DNA of 23,307 nucleotides from Elusimicrobiota bacterium (GCA_037137395.1 JBAXKK010000037.1:1-23307); one strand, 5' to 3'. Shown: positions 9,295 to 19,183, counted from the stretch's first letter. The notes: generated from the letters alone by a model not told the origin. Numbers and translations: made by a program.

Positions 9295-9891
9295 TCATAC
9301 CACTTTAGCGCTATAAGCGGCTACCCTAACAAAGTCAACCAGCGTATCGCCGTACTTCTCCTGTCTGGTGCCCTCAAGTCCCGGCGGGATCTCGATCTTT
9401 TCCCTTTTGTGGTGCTGGGCCACTATCAGGCAGTTCGGTCCCATAATGCCGCCTTCGGCTATCAGCGCCAGGGTCTTTGAAGTATAAGATAGGGGCAGAT
9501 TTTCCTCATCCCGGTAAGGCGGACTCAGGAAGATGATATCATAACCCTCATAATTGGCATAATGCTCCAGCCATTTAAGTCCGCTAAGCACGTCGGCCCG
9601 CAGAACCTTGGCCTGTTCCTTAAAACCGAGGCTCTCCACGTTTTTTTCTATTATCTTGACGCAAAGTCCGGCTTTTTCAACGAACACCACCGAAGCGGCC
9701 CCGCGTGAAAGCGCCTCCAGCCCCACCGTGCCGACTCCGCCGTAGAGATCCAGAAACACCGCCCCCGGCAGATACGGGCGCAGAATATCGAACACAGACT
9801 GCCTTATCCTGGAGGAAATAGGCTTCACATTTTTAGTCTTGGGAACGGAAGCTATAAACCGCCCCCGCATAGAACCGGCAATTATTCTCAT
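9295..9891 (-). CDS. rsmD: 16S rRNA (guanine966-N2)-methyltransferase
   Basis: MRIIAG..RGR, FLDLYGGVGTVGLEALSRGA, FLSPPY and KYGDT motifs. Confidence 0.92.
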   Translation of the reverse strand: MRIIAGSMRGRFIASVPKTKNVKPISSRIRQSVFDILRPYLPGAVFLDLYGGVGTVGLEALSRGAASVVFVEKAGLCVKIIEKNVESLGFKEQAKVLRADVLSGLKWLEHYANYEGYDIIFLSPPYRDEENLPLSYTSKTLALIAEGGIMGPNCLIVAQHHKREKIEIPPGLEGTRQEKYGDTLVDFVRVAAYSAKVV

Positions 9892-10065
9892 ATTTTAACC
9901 ATTCGTAAAACCCGACTGCCAAGGTGCCGCCGTATCACATTAAATCTTTACGCAACAAATCGGCAATTTCCAAAAATATATAATGTATTATAGAATAAAT
10001 AGGGGAGCAGTTGTTCCGGCCGCTTCTGAAAGATTCAAAACCGCCCCCCTCAAATGAGGCTAATT

Positions 10066-11379
10066 ATGCAGCAACCCGACATCATTATAATCGACGACGA
10101 CCCCATGGTGGGAGAACTCTCCCGCGACCTGCTCACGGATGAAGGCTACAATGTATTGCTCGTGCAGGACTCGCTTGAAGCAATTCCTAAAATTAAAGCC
10201 ATCATACCAAAGCTGATAATCACGGATATAATGATGCCGGGGATATCGGGAATGGACATCTGTAAATCTGTCAAGTCTGACCCGGATCTCAAACATATCA
10301 AAATAATCGTAGTTTCCGGGAAATCCTATCAGGTAGAGCAGCAGCGCGCCCTCCAGTTCGGCGCGGATTTTTTTGTTCAAAAGCCCTACAATGTCGAGAC
10401 TTTCTCCCAAACAGTGAAAAGCATTATGGACGGCACCACGGTAGCAAAAGCCCCGGATGACGAACCGGCTCCGGCCATCATCCAAGAGGACACTGCCCCG
10501 GCACAAACCAACGATATCGCCCAGGGCCAGATCCGCACGACCCTGTGGGGCGCCAGAGGCCTCCCCACGATGATGCCCAACACCGCCTCGCGCCACGGCC
10601 GCCAAACAGCCTGCGTCTCGGTGGAAACCGCGTCCGATTTATTCATCTTTGACGCCGGCACCGGCATAGTCCCCCTCGGCGCTGAGATCATGGCCAAAAA
10701 GACGTACTATAAAAACATCTGGATATTCATCACTCACTTTCACCTGGGCAATATAATAGGCCTGGCCAATTTTCAGCCGATATACGACCCCTCTTTTTCC
10801 GTTCATATTATCGGCGCCAACGATCCGGAAAAGAGCCTTAAAGAGGTGGCCCAGGCCGCTTTCTACAGCTCATTTTCAATGACCAAACGCCCCCCAAAAG
10901 CCAAAATAGATATCTATGAGGTGCTGGAAGACAATTATGAGCTTATGCCCGGGGTAAAACTTTCGGGCATGTACGCCAACCACCCGACCAGCACGATGGT
11001 CTACGCGCTGGAACTCCTTGGAAAGAAGATCGTCTACGCTCCCGATTCCGAAATTTGGGGTGACGCGACCGCCTTCCAGGATTATGACGAAAAACTGGCC
11101 GTGTTCGCTAAAAACGCCGACCTCTTTATCCACGACTGCATGTTTTCCGACGCGGATTACGAGTTGCGCAAGCGTGAAGGACATTCCGGGCTTTCCGTGG
11201 TCACCGACTTCGCCGCAGAAAAGGCGCTGGCGCGCGACTTGGTCCTGACACACCTTAACCCCGCTTACAGTGATGAAGAACTGGACAAGTTGCTTCAGGA
11301 CGCCCAGACGCGCATACAGACAAAAGGCTACGCGCTCAATTGCCACCTCGCCACCGAATCAAAGAGTTTTCTTCTATAG
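10066..11379 (+). CDS. Response-regulator receiver fused to a metallo-beta-lactamase-fold domain with a degenerate metal motif
   Basis: REC domain: IDDD, TDIMMPG, VSG, QKP. MBL domain: WGARG, DAGTG, THFHLGN, NHP, HDC, GHS, LTH. Start is 10066 (GAGG upstream) or 10054. Confidence 0.85.
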   Translation: MQQPDIIIIDDDPMVGELSRDLLTDEGYNVLLVQDSLEAIPKIKAIIPKLIITDIMMPGISGMDICKSVKSDPDLKHIKIIVVSGKSYQVEQQRALQFGADFFVQKPYNVETFSQTVKSIMDGTTVAKAPDDEPAPAIIQEDTAPAQTNDIAQGQIRTTLWGARGLPTMMPNTASRHGRQTACVSVETASDLFIFDAGTGIVPLGAEIMAKKTYYKNIWIFITHFHLGNIIGLANFQPIYDPSFSVHIIGANDPEKSLKEVAQAAFYSSFSMTKRPPKAKIDIYEVLEDNYELMPGVKLSGMYANHPTSTMVYALELLGKKIVYAPDSEIWGDATAFQDYDEKLAVFAKNADLFIHDCMFSDADYELRKREGHSGLSVVTDFAAEKALARDLVLTHLNPAYSDEELDKLLQDAQTRIQTKGYALNCHLATESKSFLL

Positions 11380-11411
11380 GGAAACCCGCAAAAAAAGGAC
11401 GCCATAAACTT

Positions 11412-11458
11412 TAAGCCGCAGGCTGTAAAAGGGATTCCCCTTTATAGCCTACGGCTTA
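11412..11458. terminator. Long imperfect hairpin between convergent genes
   Basis: TAAGCCGcAGGCTgTAAAaGGG-att-CCCcTTTAtAGCCTaCGGCTTA. Confidence 0.55.
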
Positions 11459-11484
11459 TAGCTTACAGCATCAATTCCCGCCTA

Positions 11485-11787
11485 CTAGCTGTGTCCCTGG
11501 GCAGTCATCACCGCTCTCTCGGGGATAGCGCCGAAGCGCTCCTCATATCTCTTAATATTCTCAAGCAGCGCCACGAGGAACCTTTTGGTATGCACGGGGC
11601 TGGAAATCACGCGCGAACGCAATTTAGCTTTCGGCTGATTTGGCTGCAGAAATAAGAAATCAAAGATAAACTCCGTTTCGCTGTGGGTCACGCCCGCCAG
11701 ATTGGCGTACAGGCCCTGCGAAGTGGCATCGTCCATCTCCACCTGCAGCTGCACCGCCTTGTTGTTTTCCGGTTTATTTTCCGCCAT
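11485..11787 (-). CDS. DUF3467 domain-containing protein
   Basis: GLYANLA..HS..EFIFDF....P..SRVISSP.H.KR...AL..NI..YE..FG pattern; AAGGAG SD upstream. Confidence 0.85.
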   Translation of the reverse strand: MAENKPENNKAVQLQVEMDDATSQGLYANLAGVTHSETEFIFDFLFLQPNQPKAKLRSRVISSPVHTKRFLVALLENIKRYEERFGAIPERAVMTAQGHS

Positions 11788-11911
11788 AAGTCATGCTCCT
11801 TATACGCGCCGTCCGTTTGAGCACGCGGCGCGCCTGATATAGAGAAGTATAATATATTTCACTAAGGCATTAAAGCTGCGGCGCTCGCGCGCCCATGTAA
11901 GGCGTGCTGTA

Positions 11912-11951
11912 TAAACAAACCGGCTCCGGCATTTTGAGCGCCGGAGCCGGT
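11912..11951 (-). terminator. Intrinsic terminator of the cold-shock gene
   Basis: 12-bp stem ACCGGCTCCGGC / GCCGGAGCCGGT followed by a T-rich tract on the minus strand. Confidence 0.75.
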
Positions 11952-11966
11952 AAACTTAAAAGCAGT

Positions 11967-12188
11967 TTATGCTTTTTTGGGGGCCTGAACCTTTTTCACA
12001 TTAACGGCCTTGGGTCCTTTGTCAGTGTTTTCGGTGTCAAACTCCACTTCCTGATTTTCAGCGAGGGTTTTAAAGCCTTCGCCCAGGATTGAAGAATGAT
12101 GGACAAAAAGATCCTTTGAACCATCTTCAGGAATAATGAAACCGAAACCTTTCTTATCGTTAAACCACTTCACTTTACCTTTTGCCAT
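11967..12188 (-). CDS. Cold-shock protein (CspA family)
   Basis: GKVKWFN, KGFGFI (RNP1) and LFVHHS (RNP2); GAGG SD. Confidence 0.96.
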   Translation of the reverse strand: MAKGKVKWFNDKKGFGFIIPEDGSKDLFVHHSSILGEGFKTLAENQEVEFDTENTDKGPKAVNVKKVQAPKKA

Positions 12189-12337
12189 TTGTTAATTTAC
12201 CTCTCTTTAATTACTATTTTAGTGCAGCGCCTCAAAAATATTATATATCTTTTTTCCGCCACAGCAACAGTTAAGGAATAAGCCTCAAGATTGTCCTCAC
12301 GCTTATGGCCGATGGCTGATGGCATACGGCATTGTAT

Positions 12338-14893
12338 TTACTCCTCATTCCATTTTATCAAGAGCGGCATGAATGGATTTATCAAGTCCGGATGCCTGGG
12401 AAGGACGCGCACGGCAAAATCCTGACGGCCGCTTCTAAAAGCCGTCACCTCCCCCTTGAATATGTAGGCGTCACCCAGCCTTGAATCCATTACCATGGAA
12501 ACGGATTTCCCATTTTTAAAAACAGTTTCCACATCAGCCGTGCCGATATGTATCTGCACGTCAACGTCTTGCGGCGTCAGATCGCCGAGCCAAACTATCG
12601 CCCGCACCGGCACATTTGTTCCGGAATGTATCTCCATCTCCGGCTTGAAATTATCAAGCGATATGCGCACGCGCGGCCAGTTGCTCTCCACTTTCTCGCG
12701 CCAGCGTGCCAGTTCCAGGATCTTGCCGTTATCCAGCAGTTTTTTTGTCGCTCTATGGGCGTGCACATAAAACTTATCGTAATATTCCCGCACCATGCGA
12801 TTGGTGTTAAACTCCGGCACGAGCTTGCGGATGGAGGCCTTCATCATTTTTATCCAGTTATGCGGCAGGCCGTCGGGGCCGCGGTCGTAGTAAAGCGGAG
12901 CCACCACCTTCTGCAAAAGATTATAAATGGCTTCCGATTCCACGTAATCGCGCTCTTCGTCGCTGTTATATTTTTCGGTGCTGCCGATAGACCAGCCGAC
13001 TTCCGGGGCATACCCCTCAACCCACCAGCCGTCCAGAACCGATAGATTCAGCACCCCGTTGGCGGCGGCTTTCATGCCGCTGGTACCCGAAGCCTCAAGC
13101 GGGCGTATGGGGTTATTCAGCCACACATCAACGCCCTGAACCATGTAGCGGGCCACGTTCATATTGTAGTCCTCCACAAAAACAATGCGGCTCTTGAAGC
13201 GTTTGTCCATGCTGAGACGGGCCACGGCCTTTATGTATTCTTTACCATGCGTGTCTGCCTGGTGAGCCTTGCCGGCAACGACAAACTGCACGGGAAGTTT
13301 CTCGCTGGTGACAACTTCCAAAAGTCGTTCCATGTTCCGCATAAAAAGCGTAGCGCGTTTATAGGTGGCAAAGCGCCGCGCGAAACCTATGGTCAAAAAG
13401 TCAGGATTGAGGACTTGTTCGGCCTCCGCCAGCACGGTCCGGTCGGAACCCAGCCGCTGATACTGCCGCTTAAGCCGCTCGCGCACCATCTTAACAAGTT
13501 TCTGTTTCCTTATAAGATGGGTCTCCCACAGTTCGCGGTCGTCTATTTCAGCCGTCTTTCCCCAATCGCAGGAGTCCGGAATGCTGTCTCCGCCGTTGTA
13601 GTCCTTGGCGAGATATTTTTTATAGAGCTTATTCTGTTCGTGGCTGATCCATGAAGAGGTATGCACGCCGTTGGTCACGCCGTGTATCGGGATCTCATAG
13701 TGCGGCAGCTGGGGCCATATCCTGGACCACATGTCGCGCGAAGTGTCGCGGTGCAGCAGGCTGACGGCGTTGAGAAAGGCGCACAAGCGCAGCGCTACGA
13801 CCGTCATGCAGAAACCCATTGAGGAATGCTCTTCCTTGCCTATCTCAAGCAGTTCTCCCATAGTGAGTCCCAGCTGTTTGCAGTAAGGTTCCATGTATTT
13901 GCTGACCAGCTCGAAATCAAAGTATTCGTTGCCGGCCATTACCGGCGTATGCGTGGTAAAGGCGGAAGACGCCCAAACGGCTTCCCGGGCTTCTTTGAAC
14001 GAAAGGTTTCTGGTCGCCATCAACTGGCGAATGCGCTCGAACAGAAGAAAAGCTGAATGGCCTTCGTTAACATGGTAAACAGTGGGCTTAAGGCCCATAG
14101 CTTCAAGCGCGCGAACTCCGCCCACGCCCAGCACTATTTCCTGGGTGATACGGTTTTCGCGGTCTCCGCCGTAAAGCTGCTCAGTGATAGTCCGCACCTT
14201 GGGCGAATTCTCCGGCAGATTGGTATCAAGCAGGATAAGGGAATTACGCCCCACCGGCACTTTCCATATGCCGACCTTTATAGTTTCTCCGGCCAGTTGA
14301 ACATCTATGCGCAGGGGTTTGCCGTGCGCGTCGTTAACTATCTGCACCGGCATATTGTACCAGTCGTTCTCCGGATAACGTTCAACCTGCCAGCTGTCAA
14401 GATTCAAAACCTGCTGAACATACCCTTTGCGGTAAAGCAGACCAACTCCGACAAGAGGAAGACCGAGGTCGGAAGCGGATTTAAGATGGTCGCCGGAAAG
14501 CATACCGAGGCCGCCGGAATAGATCGGCAACCCCTCTCCGATGCCGTACTCCATGGAGAAATACGCCACCAAAATATCGTTCTCCTGCTGATCATGGTTC
14601 TTATTAAACCAGGTGTCCTTGTTGAACATATAGGCTTCATAACGGTTCTTTATTTCCTGCAGTCGACCGAGAAACGAGCCGTCGTGGCTGAGAGCGTCCA
14701 GTTTGTCCGGAGCTACCGCGCCCAGCATCCATTTTGGATTGCGGTGAGAGCGGTGCCAGAGATCCTCGTCTATCCCCACGAACATCATAATAGCGTCCCA
14801 ATTCCAAGTGAACCACATATTGGTTGAAAGCTCGTCAAGCGCCTTAAGGTTCTCCGGCAGATTGGGTGAGACATTAAAAGATTGTATTTTCAT
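12338..14893 (-). CDS. glgP: Alpha-glucan (glycogen/maltodextrin) phosphorylase
   Basis: YFSMEYG, YSGGLG.LSGDHLKSASDL, NEGH, FARRFATYKRA and the PLP motif EASGTSGMKA; 851 aa; AAGGAG SD. Confidence 0.96.
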   Translation of the reverse strand: MKIQSFNVSPNLPENLKALDELSTNMWFTWNWDAIMMFVGIDEDLWHRSHRNPKWMLGAVAPDKLDALSHDGSFLGRLQEIKNRYEAYMFNKDTWFNKNHDQQENDILVAYFSMEYGIGEGLPIYSGGLGMLSGDHLKSASDLGLPLVGVGLLYRKGYVQQVLNLDSWQVERYPENDWYNMPVQIVNDAHGKPLRIDVQLAGETIKVGIWKVPVGRNSLILLDTNLPENSPKVRTITEQLYGGDRENRITQEIVLGVGGVRALEAMGLKPTVYHVNEGHSAFLLFERIRQLMATRNLSFKEAREAVWASSAFTTHTPVMAGNEYFDFELVSKYMEPYCKQLGLTMGELLEIGKEEHSSMGFCMTVVALRLCAFLNAVSLLHRDTSRDMWSRIWPQLPHYEIPIHGVTNGVHTSSWISHEQNKLYKKYLAKDYNGGDSIPDSCDWGKTAEIDDRELWETHLIRKQKLVKMVRERLKRQYQRLGSDRTVLAEAEQVLNPDFLTIGFARRFATYKRATLFMRNMERLLEVVTSEKLPVQFVVAGKAHQADTHGKEYIKAVARLSMDKRFKSRIVFVEDYNMNVARYMVQGVDVWLNNPIRPLEASGTSGMKAAANGVLNLSVLDGWWVEGYAPEVGWSIGSTEKYNSDEERDYVESEAIYNLLQKVVAPLYYDRGPDGLPHNWIKMMKASIRKLVPEFNTNRMVREYYDKFYVHAHRATKKLLDNGKILELARWREKVESNWPRVRISLDNFKPEMEIHSGTNVPVRAIVWLGDLTPQDVDVQIHIGTADVETVFKNGKSVSMVMDSRLGDAYIFKGEVTAFRSGRQDFAVRVLPRHPDLINPFMPLLIKWNEE

Positions 14894-15030
14894 ATTTATA
14901 ACTCCTTAAATATCAGCGGCCTAAATCCATTATGCGTCACTATGGCTCAAATAAGCCCGCAACTATTGAATAATTTTACAAAATATTCCTGTCACTACAC
15001 TAGCCCAGCATTCCACCATTCCGGTAAAAC

Positions 15031-15061
15031 AAAAAACGCGGGCCGGAATCCGGCTCGCGTT
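15031..15061 (-). terminator. Intrinsic terminator downstream of tRNA-Ala
   Basis: Stem AACGCGGGCCGG / CCGGCTCGCGTT followed by a T-run on the minus strand. Confidence 0.7.
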
Positions 15062-15083
15062 CTATTTGCTATTGTCAGAAATC

Positions 15084-15159
15084 TGGTGGACGTGACAGGG
15101 ATCGAACCTGCGACCTCCTGCATGCCATGCAGGCGCTCTCCCAACTGAGCTACACGCCC
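15084..15159 (-). tRNA. tRNA-Ala(GGC)
   Basis: GGGCGTGTAGCTCAGTTGGGAGAGCGCCTGCATGGCATGCAGGAGGTCGCAGGTTCGATCCCTGTCACGTCCACCA: 76-nt cloverleaf, anticodon GGC, G3-U70 Ala determinant, encoded CCA. Confidence 0.97.
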
Positions 15160-15184
15160 ATAAAATCAAAACTGCTACACATAT

Positions 15185-15213
15185 ATTTTACAAGAAAACA
15201 TCCACCGGCGCAA
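15185..15213 (-). promoter_or_regulatory. Sigma70-type promoter of tRNA-Ala
   Basis: TTGCGC, 17-bp spacer, TAAAAT on the minus strand, about 25 nt upstream of the tRNA. Confidence 0.55.
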
Positions 15214-15261
15214 GGTGTTTTTTGATGAAAACATTTTTTAGCTCATGGCAGTGTCGGTTAC

Positions 15262-15406
15262 GGGTTCGCAGGGCCTGCCAGGGGCCTGGAACGTGGAACC
15301 AGTGTCGCCCACACCGTGGGCGCACTTCCCGTCCTCAGCCTCGTCGCTACGCAAGCCTCGGCTTCCGGAGGGTTCCACTAACCCAGATCCCCTGTCACCC
15401 GCTCCA
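15262..15406 (+). repeat. Structured repeat element copy 1, ending in a tRNA-Gly-like 3' end
   Basis: Homologous to 22866-23067 (inverted). Nested stems show compensatory changes between copies. Ends in GATCCCCTGTCACCCGCTCCA. Confidence 0.8.
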
Positions 15407-15576
15407 CTGTTATAATGCGCAGCATGACATTTATCTAGCTGGGGAGTTGCCTGCCCACTCAGTAATAAAAAAACCACACCCATGCCCCTTCCACCTTCTG
15501 TCAATAGGTGTTTTTTTAATACATTTTTTTTCAGGCGACAATCTTCGGGGATAATTGTTAAAATACCTTTACCACT

Positions 15577-16752
15577 ATGGAGCCAAAAAAACTGCTGATC
15601 TTTCATCTGGACGACGGCAAAGAGCTGCGCGGCGGACAGCGCCAGCTCATGTACCTGGTCAAAGAGCTCAACAAGTTGGGCCATTCCAACTATGTAGTTT
15701 GCCGCAAAGGCTCGCCTCTTGAGCGCACCTCTCAGCGAAAAGGCTTTAAGACCATCGCGCTTCCGTATTTTTTTGAATGGGATCCTGTATCGGCCTTCCT
15801 GCTGAACAAAACCATACGCGATATCTCCGCCGCCTGCCCCCATTGCGAACCGCCCATACTCCACGCGCACACGTCTCATACCGCGGCCGTCTCCTACCTC
15901 GCATCCTTTACCCTGTCCTGCGTGCGCATCGCCCACCGCCGCGTGGACTTCGTACCTGGGCGCGGCCTGTCGTCTAAATTTAAATATGAAAAAGCGCACC
16001 GGGTCATCGCCATTTCCCGCCCGGTAAAAGATATCATGCTCTCCCTGGGCCTTTCTGAAAACAAGATTTCAGTGGTAAACAGCACCGTGGATCTGGAAGA
16101 AACTCCCTGGGAAAACGGCGGCTTTGAACGATACCGCGCCGAAGCCAGACGGGCCATAGCCGCAAAGTTCGGCATTCCCGCCGAAGCGCCCTGGATAGGA
16201 TCTCTGATAGCCTTGGTCCCGCATAAAGATCCGGAAAACTTCGCCAGAGCGGCCGCGCTTGTGATAGAAAAACATCCGGAGGTCAGATTCCTGATAGCCG
16301 GGACCGGCGAACTAGCCGCCGATATGCGCCGCTTGGTCAAGATCCTGAATATCGCGGACAGGTTCCATTTGCTGGGTTATTACGACAACCCCTACGAACT
16401 GCTTTCCGCGCTTGATATTTTTGTACTGCCCTCCTGCGAGGAAGGTATGGGCAGCGTCCTAATAGAGGCTATGAACTCACGGCTCCCCATAGTCGCCACC
16501 AGGGCCGGGGGCATCACCGATGTCATAGAAGACCGGGCCAACGGCCTAATTGTGGACATAAAAGACCCGGCCGGCCTGGCCGCGGCGCAGATCGAACTGC
16601 TTGAGGACTCCCCTTTAAAACATCGCTTAGCCGACGAAGGCCATCGCCGCAGACTGGATTTTTCTTCGCCCAGGATGGCGGAACTGACCCTTAAAATATA
16701 CGAGCAGGAACTCGACCGGCTCAAGGCCCCGGCAAACGAAACGGCGAACTAG
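15577..16752 (+). CDS. Glycosyltransferase family 4 (GT-B), LPS biosynthesis
   Basis: LRGGQRQ, LHAHTSH, HRRVDF, HK and the EX7E motif EGMGSVLIE. Confidence 0.9.
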   Translation: MEPKKLLIFHLDDGKELRGGQRQLMYLVKELNKLGHSNYVVCRKGSPLERTSQRKGFKTIALPYFFEWDPVSAFLLNKTIRDISAACPHCEPPILHAHTSHTAAVSYLASFTLSCVRIAHRRVDFVPGRGLSSKFKYEKAHRVIAISRPVKDIMLSLGLSENKISVVNSTVDLEETPWENGGFERYRAEARRAIAAKFGIPAEAPWIGSLIALVPHKDPENFARAAALVIEKHPEVRFLIAGTGELAADMRRLVKILNIADRFHLLGYYDNPYELLSALDIFVLPSCEEGMGSVLIEAMNSRLPIVATRAGGITDVIEDRANGLIVDIKDPAGLAAAQIELLEDSPLKHRLADEGHRRRLDFSSPRMAELTLKIYEQELDRLKAPANETAN

Positions 16753-16777
16753 CTAATAAAGCGGGAAGCGCGTATTT

Positions 16778-17833
16778 ATGAAAATTCTTAATATCATTGA
16801 TATTCCCTGGCACAGCGCCCTGGCCGCCTACGCTTTTGACCAGAGCTTAGCCCTGTCCGACCGGGGCCACGGGATATATTTCGCAGCGCCGGACTCCAGC
16901 GCCTCCGCATCCTTCGCTCTGGAGAAAAAATTTCCCCTGACTATTATCCCCCACCGCAAAAGCTACATGATCCTGGGCGCCGTCCTGAAGCTGAAAAAGC
17001 TTATCGAGAGCGAAGGCATCGATATCGTCAACGCCCATACCGGCAAGGCGCAGACAATGACCTGGCTGGTTTCTCTGATAAGCGCCAGGCCGTTCGCCAT
17101 AATAAGAACTAAAGCGGACGCCAAGCTCCCCAAAAACGGCTTCGCCCTCGGAAAAACCGCCGTTGTCATAGCCGGCTCCAAAGTGATAAAAGAAATGTAC
17201 GCCGCGGCCGGCGTAGATCCTGCGAAAACTGAAATTATTTACCAGGGCGTAGCTCCGCAACCGGAAGCGCCCGCGGCTCACGATTCCCCCTTAAAGGTCG
17301 GAATTCTCGGCAGACTGGATCCAGTAAAAGGCCACGCCTGCTTTATCGAAGCCGCCGCGTTGGTCCTGGGTAAATTCCCGGCGGTGGAATTTTTGATCGC
17401 CGGCAGGGAAGAAGATATCAAGTACGCGTCGCTCCAAACCCGGGCCAAAGAACTGGGGATAGCTGGCAGCGTGAAATACCTGGGCCATGTATCCGACAGC
17501 GCGTCTTTTACCCGGTCCTGCGATGTCGGAGTTATCGCCTCTTTATCCAGCGAAGCGGTTTCGCGCGCGGCGCTTGAATGGCTGGCGGCCGGAAAGCCCC
17601 TGGTGGCCACCTCCGTCGGCAGCCTGCCGGAGTTTGTCCCCCCCCAATGGCTGGTCCCGCCAAAAGATCCGGACGCGCTAGCCGGCGCTCTCCAAACCCT
17701 TCTGGAGTCCACTGAGAAAAGGCTCGCGGCTGGCGCCGCAAACAGGGTCAGAGCGCTCAGAGATTTCAGTCCGGAGCGTTTCGCGGAACAAACAGCGTCT
17801 GTATTCGAGGCCGCGATGAAAAGGACACCATAA
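16778..17833 (+). CDS. Glycosyltransferase family 4 (GT-B)
   Basis: VNAHTG, GRLDPVKG and the EX7E motif EAVSRAALE. Confidence 0.9.
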   Translation: MKILNIIDIPWHSALAAYAFDQSLALSDRGHGIYFAAPDSSASASFALEKKFPLTIIPHRKSYMILGAVLKLKKLIESEGIDIVNAHTGKAQTMTWLVSLISARPFAIIRTKADAKLPKNGFALGKTAVVIAGSKVIKEMYAAAGVDPAKTEIIYQGVAPQPEAPAAHDSPLKVGILGRLDPVKGHACFIEAAALVLGKFPAVEFLIAGREEDIKYASLQTRAKELGIAGSVKYLGHVSDSASFTRSCDVGVIASLSSEAVSRAALEWLAAGKPLVATSVGSLPEFVPPQWLVPPKDPDALAGALQTLLESTEKRLAAGAANRVRALRDFSPERFAEQTASVFEAAMKRTP

Positions 17834-19071
17834 TGACACCCGAGCAATATCTTGAAAAAACAAAGCAATTCGCCATAGCGCTCTTCGCCTTAAGCGTTCT
17901 ATTTTCAGTGACCGCCGTGGAGGGGGCCATGCTGCTTCTTGCCGGCGTGGTAATATTGGAGCGCTACCGCCGCGGCCAATTGAAGCTTCTGCTTAAAGAG
18001 ACCGCCGCCCAGCCCCTCTTCCGCCCCTGGATGCTGTACCTGGCCGTCGGCCTTCTTACGGCCGCTTTCGCGCTGAACAAAGGCAAGGCTTTCGCCTACG
18101 CCCCCTCGGACATCATAAAGTATCTGTGTTTTATCGCTCTGATGGCGGGGCTCACCAAGGACAAACTCGCCGCCATGTCTAATTTCTATATACTCGCGGC
18201 GATGTCCGCGGCGGCTATCGGAATAGCGCAGTCGGCCTGGGCATTATCCTCAGGGCTTGATCTCAGGGCTCACGCTTTCGCGCACCCGGTAAGATTCGGA
18301 GAGATGATGGTAATCGCTTTATGGCTGCCACTGGCGAGATTCCTGACTAAAAAACAGTTCGGGGGGCGCAAGCTCAATATTGTCGCGGGACTTATAATTT
18401 TCGCCGCGCTCGTATTAAGCCAGACAAGAGGCGCCTACCTCGGCTTTTGCGCTTCCTTCGCGGTCATATTCCTGCTGGACAAACAGTCGCGCATAAGATT
18501 CAGTATTGTTTTAGTAACTTTAACATTTCCCGCAATAATAGCCCTCGCGATTATTCCCGCGGTCCGGCATAAATTAATTGCAATACCCGAAGGGATCGCT
18601 AAAGCGGCATCTTCCCTAACGCAGCCTTCTTCCGCGATCACAAATCACACTTCCGACGTAGCGATAAATATCCGGATCGAGCTTTGGAAAACGGGACTCA
18701 GGATCTTCAGAGATCACCCGTTCACTGGCGTGGGGCCGGCGAATGTAAAAAAAGTATTTCCCGACTACTATAAAGGTCCGCTGGGAGACCAGAACACCTG
18801 GGGAAGCCTGCATAATCTCTACCTGCATCACCTGGTTGAGCGCGGGATAATCGGACTGGCGGCCCTTTTAACGCTCTTCGGCGGAATGTTCGCGCTTGCA
18901 TGGAAAAACTTCAGGACAGAACGCAACGAATGGACACTCTGGGCGCTGGCCGTATTGCCGGCTTATTTCGTTGTAAATCTGACGGAAATATCGTTCCAGC
19001 ACATACACACATCTTTTGCCGTATTTCTGGCGCTGGCAGCAAGCTGTGCCTCAATAAAGTCAGAAAGCTAG
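17833..19071 (+). CDS. O-antigen ligase family protein (WaaL/Wzy_C)
   Basis: Multi-TM protein with SQTRGAY, RIELWK, HPFTGVG and LHNLYL..LVERGIIG motifs; adjacent to glycosyltransferases. Confidence 0.88.
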   Translation: MTPEQYLEKTKQFAIALFALSVLFSVTAVEGAMLLLAGVVILERYRRGQLKLLLKETAAQPLFRPWMLYLAVGLLTAAFALNKGKAFAYAPSDIIKYLCFIALMAGLTKDKLAAMSNFYILAAMSAAAIGIAQSAWALSSGLDLRAHAFAHPVRFGEMMVIALWLPLARFLTKKQFGGRKLNIVAGLIIFAALVLSQTRGAYLGFCASFAVIFLLDKQSRIRFSIVLVTLTFPAIIALAIIPAVRHKLIAIPEGIAKAASSLTQPSSAITNHTSDVAINIRIELWKTGLRIFRDHPFTGVGPANVKKVFPDYYKGPLGDQNTWGSLHNLYLHHLVERGIIGLAALLTLFGGMFALAWKNFRTERNEWTLWALAVLPAYFVVNLTEISFQHIHTSFAVFLALAASCASIKSES

Positions 19072-19183
19072 GGGCAAGGCAATCTAGATGCAAAGCAATT
19101 TAGATGTAAGGCGAGCTAGCGACTTAGAAGCACGGCGATTCAGCAGTTTAGCTAAACTGCTTTGCGTCTAAATGGCTAAATCG

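Noticed and set aside
12495..15148. Plus-strand ORFs within glgP and across tRNA-Ala (e.g. 14057..14827, 14882..15148)
   Set aside because: Antisense shadows with no recognisable domains.
15062..15260. Integrated island or prophage at tRNA-Ala
   Set aside because: No integrase and no direct repeat of the tRNA-Ala 3' end within the window, and the flanking genes are housekeeping.
15262..15406. Complete tRNA, intron-containing tRNA or tmRNA
   Set aside because: Only about 21 nt resemble a tRNA 3' end. I found no matching 5' acceptor and D-arm, anticodon arm, group I core or tag reading frame.
15222..15999. ORFs 15222..15554 (+) and 15238..15999 (-)
   Set aside because: They read through the structured repeat or lie antisense to the GT4 gene, and show no protein motifs.
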